From an uncultured delta proteobacterium (GTDB lineage: Bacteria; Myxococcota_A; Polyangia; Haliangiales; Haliangiaceae): 64,000 nucleotides of DNA. Each line of letters begins with the position of its first letter. The stretch's first letter is position 1. The position numbers were made by a program, and so were the translations under genes. Below, piece by piece: positions 10,491-24,802 of the stretch. Under the pieces are notes generated by a model. That model ran no database searches, was not told the DNA's origin, and saw nothing but the letters and a program-made list of their open reading frames with translations. The DNA lies in assembly GCA_963848295.1 (NCBI GenBank), contig CAWKDB010000010.1, forward strand, positions 3,808,001-3,872,000, read 5' to 3'.

Positions 10491-11375
10491 ATGTCGCGCC
10501 TCGCCGTCGTCGTGCTCGTCACCAGCCTCGCTGCACCCGCATTCGCCGATGCGCCGATCATCGGCGGGACGATGGACTCGAACGATCCCGCCGTGGTGTT
10601 GCTCGCGGCGTACCCGTCGGACATGTCGACGTTATTCACGTGCACCGCCGTCGTGGTGTCGCCGGGTCACCTGCTGACCGCGGCGCATTGCCTCGATCAC
10701 GCCGGCTACACGTTCGGCGTGTACTACGGCGCCGATGCGTCGGCGTACTCGACGCTCGTCGAGCTCGCGCCGCAACTCTCGCCGATCACGGCGGTGCACA
10801 TGTATCCCGGCTATCAGACCGCATCGCCGTTCGAGGGCGATATCGGCGTCGCAGATCTCACGACCGCGACCGACGTCACGCCGATGATGTTCGAGCGCGC
10901 CGCGCCGACCGCGGATCTCGTCAACATGCCGGTGGAGATCGTCGGCTACGGCGAGACCGTCTATGGCACACCGAACCAGGTGCGCTATTCGGCCTCGACG
11001 ATCGTCGCCGCGCTCGACACCGGAGACACGATGCTGATCGGCGACGCCACCCACCGCACCTGCGTCGGCGACTCGGGCGGCCCGGCGATCTACGGCGGGC
11101 TCGTGCTCGGCATCGACTCGTACTCCGATACGACGGGCTGCGCCGATCCCTCGCACTTTCGGCGCACCGACATCTACGCCGCGTTCATCGACACCTACGC
11201 CGGCACCGGCGTGGTCGCAGACGACCTGCCGGTCGATATGCCGGAGGATGCCGGTACGACCGGTACCAAGCCCGGGTCGTCCGGCGGTTGCTCGACGACG
11301 GATGGCGGCGGTGCGGGCCTCGTGGTGGTCGGGATCGCGGCACTCCTCGCTCGCCGGCGTCGCGCGTCACGCTAA
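10491..11375 (+). CDS. Trypsin-like serine protease with MYXO-CTERM sorting signal
   Basis: Signal peptide, LTAAHC, GDIG, GDSGGP; C-terminus GGCS...LVVVGIAALLARRRR. Confidence 0.88.
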   Translation: MSRLAVVVLVTSLAAPAFADAPIIGGTMDSNDPAVVLLAAYPSDMSTLFTCTAVVVSPGHLLTAAHCLDHAGYTFGVYYGADASAYSTLVELAPQLSPITAVHMYPGYQTASPFEGDIGVADLTTATDVTPMMFERAAPTADLVNMPVEIVGYGETVYGTPNQVRYSASTIVAALDTGDTMLIGDATHRTCVGDSGGPAIYGGLVLGIDSYSDTTGCADPSHFRRTDIYAAFIDTYAGTGVVADDLPVDMPEDAGTTGTKPGSSGGCSTTDGGGAGLVVVGIAALLARRRRASR

Positions 11376-12019
11376 TCGCGACAGCACAACACGCCGTCTT
11401 GCGTGCTCCCTAGCGTGTTCGCACAGCCGTTGCCCTCCGGAGCGTTCTCTCGCGTCTCCCCCGGCCAGATCCCGTCTTTGCAGTCATTGTTCGTGTCGCA
11501 TCCGGCGCCACAACAAGCCGGCTGCGTGCAATCGACATCGAGCCCGGCGACACATTGCCACGCGCCGTTGTTGGGATACGTGCAGACCGTCGAATCCATC
11601 GAGCAATGGCTGACCGCCGCGACGTAGCTGCCGGGCAGCGCCGCGCACGCGTCGCCCGTGATCGCGTGCAGATCGGTGACATCGCCGCTGCTGCCGCAGA
11701 CGTGCCAGCCCGTCGAGCACGCATCGGCGGGCACGGCGCACGGTCCGAGGTCGTCGCCGCACGCGCCCCCGGTGGCCGGCGCGCGCAGATCGAGCGCGCC
11801 CGACCAGCTCGCCGCGCATGCCGCGATCGTCGGATCGGTGGCGATATCGGCGAGCCCCTCGCGCTGACCATCGGAGCACCCGATCGGATCGACGCCCGCG
11901 TCGATCGCGGCATCGACCGCGCCGTCGACCGCCGCATCGCTCCGGACCACCGCGGCATCGTGATGGAACGACTCCGGGCGGCAGCTCGCGATCAGCAGGA
12001 CCAGCAGCACCGCGCGCAT
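11372..12019 (-). CDS. Cys-rich lipoprotein
   Basis: Lipobox LLIASC; GCSDGQREG...GVLCC. Confidence 0.7.
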   Translation of the reverse strand: MRAVLLVLLIASCRPESFHHDAAVVRSDAAVDGAVDAAIDAGVDPIGCSDGQREGLADIATDPTIAACAASWSGALDLRAPATGGACGDDLGPCAVPADACSTGWHVCGSSGDVTDLHAITGDACAALPGSYVAAVSHCSMDSTVCTYPNNGAWQCVAGLDVDCTQPACCGAGCDTNNDCKDGIWPGETRENAPEGNGCANTLGSTQDGVLCCRD

Positions 12020-12058
12020 CGCTACATGGTAGCGCGGGCCGGGCGCAAGCGAGAGCGG

Positions 12059-12784
12059 CTAGACTTCTTCGATCACGAATCGACCGCCGCGCCTGCGAAC
12101 CGCGTAGTGACGCGGCCCCGGCTGCGACCGATAGCCGCCGCGGTCGTAGGAATATTGCTGCGCCATCATCCGCGCGAGCATCCGTTCGCGGCTCGCGAGC
12201 AACCACAAGAACGGGGCGAGCACGAGCAGCTGGTACGCACCCATCAGGCCGACCACGGCGAAGCCGACGGCGACGACGCGCGACACCGTCACCGAGACGT
12301 CGGTCGCGCGCACGTAGTCGAGCTTGCGCGTGAGCAGGGCGCGGAGAATTCGCCCGCCGTCCATCGGCAGCGCCGGAATCAGGTTGAACCCGGCGATCAC
12401 GAGGTTGATCCAGCCGATCAGCGCGAACAGCGGGAAGTGAGTCAAGGCGGCGAGGCCGAGACCGGCACCGCCGAGCGCGAGCGAGACCGCAGGGCCCGCC
12501 GCGGCGATCATCAGCTCGTCGTGGGCGCGGTTCGGCGCCTGGACCATCTTCGCGGCACCACCGAAGAACGACAGCTCGATGCCCGAGACATAAACGTTCA
12601 GCTTGCGCGCGACGAGGGCGTGGCCGAGCTCGTGGAGCAGCACGGACGCGAACGCGAGCAGGACGATCAACAGGCCGGACAGCCCGCCGAACGCGAGCAG
12701 CACGACCGCGAGCAGGATCAAGAAGCTTGCGTTGATCTCGATGGGGAACCCGAACAGCGTCCCCAGTCGCCAAGATTTGAGCAT
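12059..12784 (-). CDS. Site-2 protease (M50 family)
   Basis: HELGH, AAGP, FNLIPALPMDGGRI. Confidence 0.92.
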   Translation of the reverse strand: MLKSWRLGTLFGFPIEINASFLILLAVVLLAFGGLSGLLIVLLAFASVLLHELGHALVARKLNVYVSGIELSFFGGAAKMVQAPNRAHDELMIAAAGPAVSLALGGAGLGLAALTHFPLFALIGWINLVIAGFNLIPALPMDGGRILRALLTRKLDYVRATDVSVTVSRVVAVGFAVVGLMGAYQLLVLAPFLWLLASRERMLARMMAQQYSYDRGGYRSQPGPRHYAVRRRGGRFVIEEV

Positions 12785-12936
12785 GCGTACAAACTGCGCA
12801 CGCATTGTGAGTTGTCAAACACTCGGCGAGCTGCCCGAACAGGTGGGCGAACCTCGGATCCACTCGAGCAACCTGGCCGGACGTTGCTCGGCGTCGAGCG
12901 TTGTACGTCTACTCGGGCAGGGTATAACCGCCGCCC

Positions 12937-14616
<1,680 letters not shown>

Positions 14617-14622
14617 CGTGCT

Positions 14623-15381
14623 CTACGGCTCGTGCTTCACCGGATGGAGCACGACGTCGGCGACGATCGGCCGATGATCGCTGGCGCGGCGAGCGAGCTC
14701 CGAATCGCAGCGCGACAGCCCGAGATAGTCGACCGCGCCGCGGACGAAGATCGCATCGAGCGCGCGCAGCGGCCCCCACGCCGGGAACGTGCGCGGTCGC
14801 TTGAGGATGCCGCGAAACCCTGCCGGCTCGAGGAGCTCACCGAGCCCGCCGTAGACATCGTTGAGGTCGCCGCCGACGACGACCGGCGTGTCGTGATGCA
14901 ACGTCTGGAACGGGTGCGAGTCGAGGAACCTCGCGAGCTGGATCCGGCGCTCGTAGCGGGCGAGTCCGAGGTGCATGTTGTAGACGTGGACGGTGCGGTC
15001 GATCTCTTGCCCACCGGGGGTGTGTTGGCGAACGCGGATCACGCCATGGACGACGCTGCGCTTCTTCCTGAACCGCAACGACAGATCGATGTTCGAGCTC
15101 TCGATGATCGGGTAGCGACTTAGTACCGCGTTGCCGTAGTGACCGCCGCCGCGGACGTCGACGTTCGGATACCAGGTGCGATAGCGCATGCCGAGCATGT
15201 CACCGAGCACGTCGACTTGGTGGTCGTGGTTGGACCGCGGTGCCCCGGCGTCGACCTCTTGGAGCAACAGCACGTCGGCGTCGAGCCGGCGGATCACGTC
15301 CGCGATCCGCATCGGCTCGTAGCGGCGGTCGAGACCGCCGATGCACTTGTGGATGTTGTAGCTGAGCACGCGTAGCTTCAC
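14623..15381 (-). CDS. Endonuclease/exonuclease/phosphatase family protein
   Basis: SYNIHK, LQEV, GNAVLSR, GGDLN, ASDHRP. Confidence 0.9.
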   Translation of the reverse strand: MKLRVLSYNIHKCIGGLDRRYEPMRIADVIRRLDADVLLLQEVDAGAPRSNHDHQVDVLGDMLGMRYRTWYPNVDVRGGGHYGNAVLSRYPIIESSNIDLSLRFRKKRSVVHGVIRVRQHTPGGQEIDRTVHVYNMHLGLARYERRIQLARFLDSHPFQTLHHDTPVVVGGDLNDVYGGLGELLEPAGFRGILKRPRTFPAWGPLRALDAIFVRGAVDYLGLSRCDSELARRASDHRPIVADVVLHPVKHEP

Positions 15382-17552
15382 GACGCGCGCTCCTCGAGCG
15401 GCGGCTGGAACTGCGCGACGACCAGGGTCTCATCGTCGTCGCGCAAGCGCCCCGCGCGGTGGGCGGCAACCGCGGCGTGCACGAGCTCGTGGACCTGCCC
15501 GGGCGTGCAGTGGCCGCGATCGATGCGCCGCAGCAGTCGTTGCAGTCCGCGATCGCCAAATGGCTTGCCGTCCGGGTTTTGCGCCTCCACCACGCCGTCC
15601 GTATACCAAACGATCAGATCTCCTGCTCGGAGCGTTTTCTCCTGCACCTTCGGCGGGACGACGTTGCCACTGCCGAGCAAGTTGCCGCGCGCGACGAGGG
15701 CAACGAGCTCGACGTCAGCCCGGTCATTACCATCGGGGCGACGGCACACGTACGGCGTCGTGTGGCCGCACGATACGAACGCGAGTGCGCGCGTCGCCGG
15801 GTCGAAGAGCGCCGCCGCGCACGTCATCGACAGCTGGCCGCCGCCGACGCGATGGACCGCGGCGTCGAGCGAGCGGATCAGGTCGCCGAGCGCGAGCGCG
15901 GTGCCGAAGCGCCGCACCGCGACATCGCACGCGCCGACCGCCGCGGCCGTCACCATCGCCGACGCGACGCCGTGGCCGGTGACATCTCCGATCGCGACGA
16001 GCACGCGGCCATCGCCGAGCGCGAACGCGCCCCAGAAATCACCGGCGCAGCGCGTCGCCGGCAGCCACGAGCCGATCAGCGTCAGATCGCCGTGAACGTG
16101 CGGACCACCACCCGGCAACAGCTCCTTCTGCACCGTCGCGGCGAGCTCGACCTCTCGCGCGATCGCCGCTCGTTCGGCGGCCCGCTGCGCCATCCGAGCG
16201 TAGACCAAGGCTTCGCCCAACCGATCGCACGCGCTCGCCAGGAACTGTAGCTCGCGGCCGCGCAACCGGCGCGTTCGCGACGGCACCATCACGAGCGCGA
16301 CGAGCTCGTCACCGGAGCGCACCGCCATCATCGGTCGCGCGCTATGGCGCTCGAACAAGGCCGCGAGCATCGCGCGTAGGTCCTCGGGGGCACGCGTCTC
16401 GATCTCGTTGCCGAAAATCGGCGTGGTCTGCTCGACGAGCCAGCCGACGAGCAACGGATCGGGGGCATCGGCGTCGTCCACGCGTGCGCCGGTCTCGGTC
16501 GTCCACCCCCAGTCTTCCGCGGCAGCGAGCAAGATGTGAGGCCGCGCGCCGAGACCGAGCTCGATGACATCGATCGCGAGCCGTGCGACCTCGGTCTCCG
16601 CGGTGAGCGAGCGCGCTCGGGCGACGAGCTGCGCGAGGAGCCGGTCGAGCGTACCCTCGCCACCACGGGCGCCGCGCGAGATCAGCGAGAACACCGCGAT
16701 CGTGACTCGCACCGCGCCGAAGCTGAGCACGAGCCCGATCGTGGTCACCCACCACGGTAGCGTCCGGCCGAGCGTCGACAGCACGACCGAGCCGAGCACG
16801 AGCCCGCCCGCGAAGTGCAGCACGAGCAACGGCGCCCGGGTGTCGACCGCCCGGACCCGCAGCAGGTCATCCACGACGAGCGCGCGCACTACAAGCAAGC
16901 TGCCAATACCGGACAGCAGCCAGCCGGCCGGGAACACGCCGACGTGATACGCGAGCAAGACGTCGGTCAGCCCGGCGTAGGTGACGAGGTTCGCGAGCAG
17001 CGTCGCTCGCAACTGGCGACGCTCGTCGGACGGCGGTCGAGTGAGCGATGCGTTCGTCAGCGCGAGGAAGCTCGGCAACGACGTCAGGAACGTCGTTAGC
17101 AGCGCGAGGTACGCCCACGGCCCGACTTCGGCGTACCAGAACCCCGCGGGCAGCCAGCGCACGCCGGTGACGACCCTGTCGGTGGTGGCGCTGATGACGA
17201 TCCACACGACGGCGATCCCGACCGCGGCCCACACCGCGATCCGGCCACGGCGCTCGCCGAGCAACGCGAGCTGGAACCCCGCGCCGGTCGCCGCTGCGAG
17301 CGGAACGAACGCGGCGCCGAGCTTGAACAGCGCGGTCGCGGCTACCGGGGACGTGATCGAAGGCGATAACGCCATCGCGATCGAATAGGGAAACAGCGAC
17401 GCGAAGTGGAGCGACAGCCACAGGCGAAGCTGAGGCGCGCCGCGCATGACCAGCGCATACGCGATCACCATCGACATCGCGGCGGGAGCGAACGCGAACG
17501 GCAACGACAGCAGGTGCGGCTCGTAGCTCGTGCTCGACCACAGCTCCTGCAT
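15378..17552 (-). CDS. Multi-TM SpoIIE/PP2C-family phosphatase
   Basis: N-terminal TM region; [26 protein letters not shown]. Start taken at MQELW. Confidence 0.88.
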   Translation of the reverse strand: MQELWSSTSYEPHLLSLPFAFAPAAMSMVIAYALVMRGAPQLRLWLSLHFASLFPYSIAMALSPSITSPVAATALFKLGAAFVPLAAATGAGFQLALLGERRGRIAVWAAVGIAVVWIVISATTDRVVTGVRWLPAGFWYAEVGPWAYLALLTTFLTSLPSFLALTNASLTRPPSDERRQLRATLLANLVTYAGLTDVLLAYHVGVFPAGWLLSGIGSLLVVRALVVDDLLRVRAVDTRAPLLVLHFAGGLVLGSVVLSTLGRTLPWWVTTIGLVLSFGAVRVTIAVFSLISRGARGGEGTLDRLLAQLVARARSLTAETEVARLAIDVIELGLGARPHILLAAAEDWGWTTETGARVDDADAPDPLLVGWLVEQTTPIFGNEIETRAPEDLRAMLAALFERHSARPMMAVRSGDELVALVMVPSRTRRLRGRELQFLASACDRLGEALVYARMAQRAAERAAIAREVELAATVQKELLPGGGPHVHGDLTLIGSWLPATRCAGDFWGAFALGDGRVLVAIGDVTGHGVASAMVTAAAVGACDVAVRRFGTALALGDLIRSLDAAVHRVGGGQLSMTCAAALFDPATRALAFVSCGHTTPYVCRRPDGNDRADVELVALVARGNLLGSGNVVPPKVQEKTLRAGDLIVWYTDGVVEAQNPDGKPFGDRGLQRLLRRIDRGHCTPGQVHELVHAAVAAHRAGRLRDDDETLVVAQFQPPLEERAS

Positions 17553-17715
17553 CGCAGCGGCGAGCTTATCTCGGCTACGGCAACGCGGCGAATCCGAACG
17601 AGTCGACCGCAAGCGCGGCGCGAGCCTCATGGCGAGGCGTCAACACACCCGGCGCGAGGCGGATTGCTACGTTGTCGTTAACGCGGCGCGAGCTCTTCGG
17701 CTAGACTAGGGTCGC

Positions 17716-19291
<1,576 letters not shown>

Positions 19292-19305
19292 GCTTCGCGA
19301 CCGGG

Positions 19306-20877
19306 CTACGGGCACGCGACGAGCGGCGTGAGCGGCGAGAACACGTAGCCGGTGCCGGAGAACGTGTCGGCGTCGGTCATCGCTTGATCGAGCGTCGCCT
19401 TGATCTGCGCGTAGGTCTGGTTCAGCTTGTTCGCCGTATCGGTCGTGGCGACGCACAGGAACTTCGGCGTGCCGCACGCGTCGAAGGTCTCGCAGCCGGG
19501 CGCGACCGGCGCGGCCGGCTCGAGCACGGAGTCGCCGTAGAGCACGACACCGTCGACCATCGTCAGCCGCACTTGCGCCGGATGCGCCGCGAGGATCGCG
19601 CCATACGGATCCGCGGGGTTGCCGGCGTAGACCGAGAGGTCGGCGCGGTGGCCGACCGCGACTTGGCCGAGGGTGTCGTCGAGCGCGAGCACCTGGGCGG
19701 CGTGGCGCGTCGCCATCACGACGAGGTCTTGCGCGGTCAGCCGGCCCGCCCAGTGGTCGTGACTCCACTGGAGGCCGAACCGCAGCTCGTCGAGTAGGTT
19801 CGGGCTGCCACCCATCGACCAATCGGGCGCGATCGCGACGGTCACGCCGGCATCGAGCGCGGTCGGGATGTCCGCGGTCACGCCATACAATGTGGAGTTC
19901 GATTGCGGCGACCAGATCAGCTTCATGCCGTCGGTCGCCATCGTCGCGAAGTCGGCGGCGGTGAACGCGACGCCGTGGGTGATCGCGGTTTGCGGCGCGT
20001 ACAGGCAATTCGCCGGCGTCGTCATCGACCCGAGTTGCGCGAGCTCGCCCGCCGCCTTCGGGTCATCGCCTTCGCCGACGTGGATGAGATACGCGTCGGT
20101 CTTGCCGCTCGCAAAGTTCGTGCACACCGTCGACGGGCTGGATGGCGGGAACAACGCGCTCGTCTGGATCTTGTCCTGGCCGAGCCCGTTCTGCGCGGCA
20201 TCGACCGAGCGGGCGAGCGAGCCGAAGCACTCCGCGGTGGTACCGGCGAGGCCGACGATGCTCGTCGTGCCGGCGATCAAGCCCTTGAGCTCGCCCCACT
20301 TGTCGACCTCGCAGCGCAGGCTGCCGGCTGCCGTGCCGTAGGTGGTCATCGCGCACCACGCCGGCTTGCCCTGCGCATCGTCGACGATGCACTGCTTGAC
20401 ATCGAGCATCGCCATGTACTTCGGTTCGGCCGGCCACTGATCGTGATCTTGATAGATCTGGGCGGGTGCCCAATCGTCGTTGTCGAACACGTCGAACAGG
20501 ATGTGGTTGTGCGTGTCGATCAGGCCGGGCGCGATGATGCCCTTGGTGTCGATGATCGTCGCGCCGGTCGCGCCCGGCATCGCGTCGCAGCCGGTATCCG
20601 GAGCGACGCACGTGATCATGTTGCCTTCGACCAGCACCTCGCCATCGATCACGACCTCCGGGGTCACGATCGTGCCGTGCAACACGATCCGATCCGCGGC
20701 GCCGACCGTGATCGTCGGATCGGGCCCGGTGTACGCGTCGGGACCTCCCGACGTATCGACCGGCGTGTCGAGCCGGCCGTCGAACGGTCCGCTGAACGGC
20801 GGGCTCGTCGGTCCGCGGCAACCGATGTCCGGTATTGCAGCGATGCCAATAGCGAGCGACGCCCGGACGGCATTCAC
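19306..20877 (-). CDS. Amidohydrolase-family protein, probable lipoprotein
   Basis: PGLIDTHNH, IHVGEG, ITHG, APDW, GQVAVGHRADL; start uncertain (ORF extends to 20946). Confidence 0.82.
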   Translation of the reverse strand: MNAVRASLAIGIAAIPDIGCRGPTSPPFSGPFDGRLDTPVDTSGGPDAYTGPDPTITVGAADRIVLHGTIVTPEVVIDGEVLVEGNMITCVAPDTGCDAMPGATGATIIDTKGIIAPGLIDTHNHILFDVFDNDDWAPAQIYQDHDQWPAEPKYMAMLDVKQCIVDDAQGKPAWCAMTTYGTAAGSLRCEVDKWGELKGLIAGTTSIVGLAGTTAECFGSLARSVDAAQNGLGQDKIQTSALFPPSSPSTVCTNFASGKTDAYLIHVGEGDDPKAAGELAQLGSMTTPANCLYAPQTAITHGVAFTAADFATMATDGMKLIWSPQSNSTLYGVTADIPTALDAGVTVAIAPDWSMGGSPNLLDELRFGLQWSHDHWAGRLTAQDLVVMATRHAAQVLALDDTLGQVAVGHRADLSVYAGNPADPYGAILAAHPAQVRLTMVDGVVLYGDSVLEPAAPVAPGCETFDACGTPKFLCVATTDTANKLNQTYAQIKATLDQAMTDADTFSGTGYVFSPLTPLVACP

Positions 20878-20993
20878 GAGTGCCCCCCGGACAAGCTTGA
20901 TGCCCACGATATGACCGTACAGCAGCTCGTCGGACGATGGTGGCAAATCGCCCCGCTTGCTCCAGGCCCCTGCGAAGACTACGTTCCCAGCCC

Positions 20994-22385
20994 ATGCGCA
21001 CCCTGCTCGCCCTCGCGCTCGTCGTGACCACCGCGTCCCCGGTGCTTGCCGACGGCGATCCCGCCATCGAATTCGAACGCTTCAAGCTCCCGAACGGGCT
21101 CGAAGTGATCCTCGCTCCCGACTCGAGCGTGCCGCTCGTCGCGGTCGACGTCTGGTACCACGTCGGTTCGGGTTACGAGGTCGCGGGTAAGAGTGGGTTC
21201 GCCCATCTGTTCGAGCACATGATGTTCCAGGGCTCGAAGAACGTCGGCGAGGATCGCCACTTCCCGATCCTCAAGAAGCTCGGGGCCGAACAGATCAACG
21301 GCACGACGAACACCGACCGCACGAACTACTACGAAGTCGTGCCCGCGAACCAGCTCGAGACCGCGCTGTGGCTCGAGAGCGATCGGATGAGCCATCTGCT
21401 CGAGCTGCTAACGCCCGAGAGCCTGCACAACCAGATCGACGTCGTGCGCAACGAGAAGCGCCAGCGCTACGACAACCGGCCGTACACGAAGGCGCTGTTC
21501 GCCGAGTACGCCGCGCTCTATCCCGAAGGTCATCCATATCGCTATCTGACGATCGGCAAGCACGAGGATCTGGTCGGCGCGTCGATCGATGACGTCAAGA
21601 AGTTCTTCCGGACCTGGTACGTCCCGGCGAACGCGACGATCGCGATCGTCGGCGACTTCGATCCGAAGACCGCGCGCGACCTCGTGACGAAGTGGTTCGG
21701 GACGTTCCCGACGAGCCGGAAGCCGACCGTGCTGCACGTTCCCGCGCCGACCGTCGCGGCGAAGACGATCGAGGTCACCGACGATCAATTCGCGAAGCTC
21801 GGCCAGATCACGTTCGCCTGGCACTCGCCCGCGAACTTCGGCGACGGCGATGCGGAGCTCGACATCGTCGGGGCAGCCTTGGCCCGCGAAGGCATTGGCC
21901 GGCTGTACAAGAAGCTGGTCTATGACGAGCCGCTCGCCCAGAACATCGACGCCGGCCAGGACGGCATGACGTTTTCGGGCGTGTTCTCGATCACGGTGCA
22001 GCTCCGCACCGGCGCCGACATCGAGAGGGTCAAGAAGATCGTCACCGACGAGGTCGCGCGGCTCACCCGCGAGAACGTGACCGCCGAAGACATCGATCGG
22101 TTCGTCGCCTACAAAGAAGCAGACACGATCCACAAGCTCGAATCGGTGTTCGGCAAGGCGCAGCGGCTCCAGGAGTACAACCACTTCCTCGGCGCACCCG
22201 ACAAGATCACGTGGGACCTCGACCGTTATCGCAAGACCACACCGGACAAGATCCGCGCGACCGTCGCCCGCTACCTGTCGCCCGACCACATGATCACGAT
22301 CGTCACGACGCCGATGGCCGGCGAGCATCACGGTCACGAAGGCCACAAGCACGACGACGCCGCGCACGGCGGAGGTGGCCAATGA
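20994..22385 (+). CDS. M16 zinc peptidase, catalytic subunit
   Basis: HLFEH (HxxEH), NGTTNTDRTNYYE, LESDRM; signal peptide. Confidence 0.93.
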   Translation: MRTLLALALVVTTASPVLADGDPAIEFERFKLPNGLEVILAPDSSVPLVAVDVWYHVGSGYEVAGKSGFAHLFEHMMFQGSKNVGEDRHFPILKKLGAEQINGTTNTDRTNYYEVVPANQLETALWLESDRMSHLLELLTPESLHNQIDVVRNEKRQRYDNRPYTKALFAEYAALYPEGHPYRYLTIGKHEDLVGASIDDVKKFFRTWYVPANATIAIVGDFDPKTARDLVTKWFGTFPTSRKPTVLHVPAPTVAAKTIEVTDDQFAKLGQITFAWHSPANFGDGDAELDIVGAALAREGIGRLYKKLVYDEPLAQNIDAGQDGMTFSGVFSITVQLRTGADIERVKKIVTDEVARLTRENVTAEDIDRFVAYKEADTIHKLESVFGKAQRLQEYNHFLGAPDKITWDLDRYRKTTPDKIRATVARYLSPDHMITIVTTPMAGEHHGHEGHKHDDAAHGGGGQ

Positions 22386-24049
22386 AGACGCTGTCGAGCA
22401 TCGTCGCGCTCTCGGTCGTCGCCGCGTGTGGTGCCAGCCCGGCGCCTGCACCGGAAGCGCCGCGTCGAGCGCCAGGCCCCGTCGCCGATCCCAAGCCAGC
22501 ACCTGCGGAGAAGCCGATGAACGAACCGACCGTCACGCAGACTGCCGCGCCTCAGGATCTCCAGTTCCCGAACGAGGAGTTTCGCGCCCACCAGCCCGCG
22601 GCCAGCGCACCGCACGCGTTCCACCTTCCGAAGGTCAAGAAGTTCACGCTCGAGAACGGCATCGACGTATTCCTCGTCGAGCATCACGAGCTGCCGATCG
22701 TGTCGATGGATCTCAGCTTCGATGGCGGCGGTCGCACCGACCCGAAGGGCAAAGACGGGCTCGCCGGCGTCTGCATGCAGATGCTCACCGAAGGCACCGA
22801 GAAGCTCGACAAGATCCAGTACAGCGAAGCCCTCGCCGACACGGCATCGTCGATCAGCGCGTACGCGACCGACGATGCGCACGGCCTCCAGCTGTCGAGC
22901 TTGACGAAGCACCTCGACTCCACGTTCGCGTTGTTCGTCGACACCCTGCGCAGCCCGGGCATGCGCGCCTCCGACTTCGACCGCATGATCAAGCGCCGGA
23001 TCGAGGGCGTGAAGCAGGCGCGCGGCAACCCGGGCTCGGTCGCTGGCCGGGTCAGCGGCGTGGTGCTCTACGGCCCGAGCCATCCGTTCGGCGGCGTCAT
23101 CACCGAGGACGGGCTCGAGAGCTTCACGCTCGACGAGTGCAAGACGTACATCTCGACCTGGCTCAAGCCGAAACACGCGAAGCTGTTCATCGTCGGCGAT
23201 CTCGACGAGGCGTCGGTGCGCAAGCACTTCGAGTCCGGTCCGATCGCGGCGTGGACCGGCGCGAACCCGAGGCTCGCGCCGCTGCCGGCGCCGAAGACGA
23301 TGAAGGGCCGGATCTTCTTCGTCAACATCCCGGGCGCCGCGCAATCGCAGGTCTCGCTGATGGAGTTCGGTCCGAAGCGCAACGCGCCCGACTACTTCCC
23401 GACCTCGATGCTGTCCTCGGTGTTCGGCGGGGGGTTCTCGAGCCGGATCAACATGAACCTGCGCGAGGACAAGGGCTATGCGTACGGCGCACGCGGCGGC
23501 TTCGGCTACTCGCGCGACTACGGCACGTTCACCGCCGGCGGCGGCGTTCAAGCGAACGCGACCTATCAGACGATCGTGGAGATCGATCGCGAGGTGAAGC
23601 AGCTGGCCACGAACAAGAAGCCGGTCGACAAGGAAGAGCTCGATCGCGAAAAGACCGGCGCCATCCTCGCCCTGCCGGGACGGTTCGCGACCGGCCAGGC
23701 CGCGCTCGGCCAGTACCGCAGCCTCGTCTATTACGGACTGCCGCTCGACTACTACGACACCTTTACCGACAAGGTGGGCAAGGTCACCGAGGCCCAGGTC
23801 AAGACGGCCGCCGCGCACATCAAGCCCAACCAGGCGATCTACCTCGTCGTCGGTGACGGCGACGCGAAGATGATCGTCCATGACGATCGGGCCAAGAAGG
23901 ACGACCCCGCCGACAAGAAGGACCCGCCGATGATGAAGGACGGCAAGCAGGTCACGCTGCGCGAAGCCCTCGCCGATCTCGCTCGGCGCGGCGATGTAGG
24001 CGCGGGTGGGCTGGTGGAGCTCGATCCCGACGGGAAACCGGTCAAGTGA
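22382..24049 (+). CDS. M16 peptidase, non-catalytic subunit (lipoprotein)
   Basis: Lipobox VVAAC; SRINMNLREDKGYAYG; no HxxEH. Confidence 0.9.
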   Translation: MKTLSSIVALSVVAACGASPAPAPEAPRRAPGPVADPKPAPAEKPMNEPTVTQTAAPQDLQFPNEEFRAHQPAASAPHAFHLPKVKKFTLENGIDVFLVEHHELPIVSMDLSFDGGGRTDPKGKDGLAGVCMQMLTEGTEKLDKIQYSEALADTASSISAYATDDAHGLQLSSLTKHLDSTFALFVDTLRSPGMRASDFDRMIKRRIEGVKQARGNPGSVAGRVSGVVLYGPSHPFGGVITEDGLESFTLDECKTYISTWLKPKHAKLFIVGDLDEASVRKHFESGPIAAWTGANPRLAPLPAPKTMKGRIFFVNIPGAAQSQVSLMEFGPKRNAPDYFPTSMLSSVFGGGFSSRINMNLREDKGYAYGARGGFGYSRDYGTFTAGGGVQANATYQTIVEIDREVKQLATNKKPVDKEELDREKTGAILALPGRFATGQAALGQYRSLVYYGLPLDYYDTFTDKVGKVTEAQVKTAAAHIKPNQAIYLVVGDGDAKMIVHDDRAKKDDPADKKDPPMMKDGKQVTLREALADLARRGDVGAGGLVELDPDGKPVK

Positions 24050-24121
24050 TCGGCTGAGCTAGACGCCGCGCTACCCGATCCATAACCGCGCACTCGACCG
24101 CGATCGCAACTACAATAATGA

Positions 24122-24799
24122 GTGTTGCGGGAAAACTCCTCCGTTCGTCAACTTGGCTCGGGGATCACGCGTTTTCGATTTCATCGCGGGACGCGCGTCC
24201 GCGAGCGCGGCAACACGCTCGTCCTCGCGTTGATCGTCATGAGCGCGCTCGCCGCGTTGAGCACGTCGACCGTGTTCAGCGTACGCGGCGGCGTCGAGAC
24301 CTCGGCGGGCGATCGCTTTCACGACATCGCGCTGTACGCCGCCGAGAGCGGGGCCGCGGTCGCGGCCGATTACCTACGCCAAAACTACGACCCGGTCTAT
24401 CGCTGGAAGGCGTTCATCACGCCGAGCAACATCAACCCGATCCCCGCGACGACCGCACCGCTGTCGAATATTCCGGGCAACAGCGTGTTGCCGGGCGTCG
24501 CCGGCAATCTGTTCGACGCCGACATGAACGCGTACTACGTGATCCAGATCTACAACGACCGGCAAGAGAACCCATTGACCTACGCGCTCGGTGGCGACGA
24601 CGACGGGCGCGTCGTCATCCACTCGACCGGCTACGGACCCAACGGCGCGGTCGCGGTCGTCGAATGGGACGTCAAGTCCAATGCCTCGGCGGTGTCTCGC
24701 CCGTGCCCGAGCTACGCGCAGAAGGGTGAGTCCGAGGACAACTCGGGCCGCAACGACTGCCTCGGCACGGTCAATACCAGCGACACGGCTACCTACTAG
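24122..24799 (+). CDS. pilX: PilX-like minor pilin
   Basis: RG|NTLVLALIVMSALAAL prepilin-like N-terminus lacking E5, ALYAAESG; start uncertain. Confidence 0.7.
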   Translation: MLRENSSVRQLGSGITRFRFHRGTRVRERGNTLVLALIVMSALAALSTSTVFSVRGGVETSAGDRFHDIALYAAESGAAVAADYLRQNYDPVYRWKAFITPSNINPIPATTAPLSNIPGNSVLPGVAGNLFDADMNAYYVIQIYNDRQENPLTYALGGDDDGRVVIHSTGYGPNGAVAVVEWDVKSNASAVSRPCPSYAQKGESEDNSGRNDCLGTVNTSDTATY

Positions 24800-24802
24800 G
24801 AG

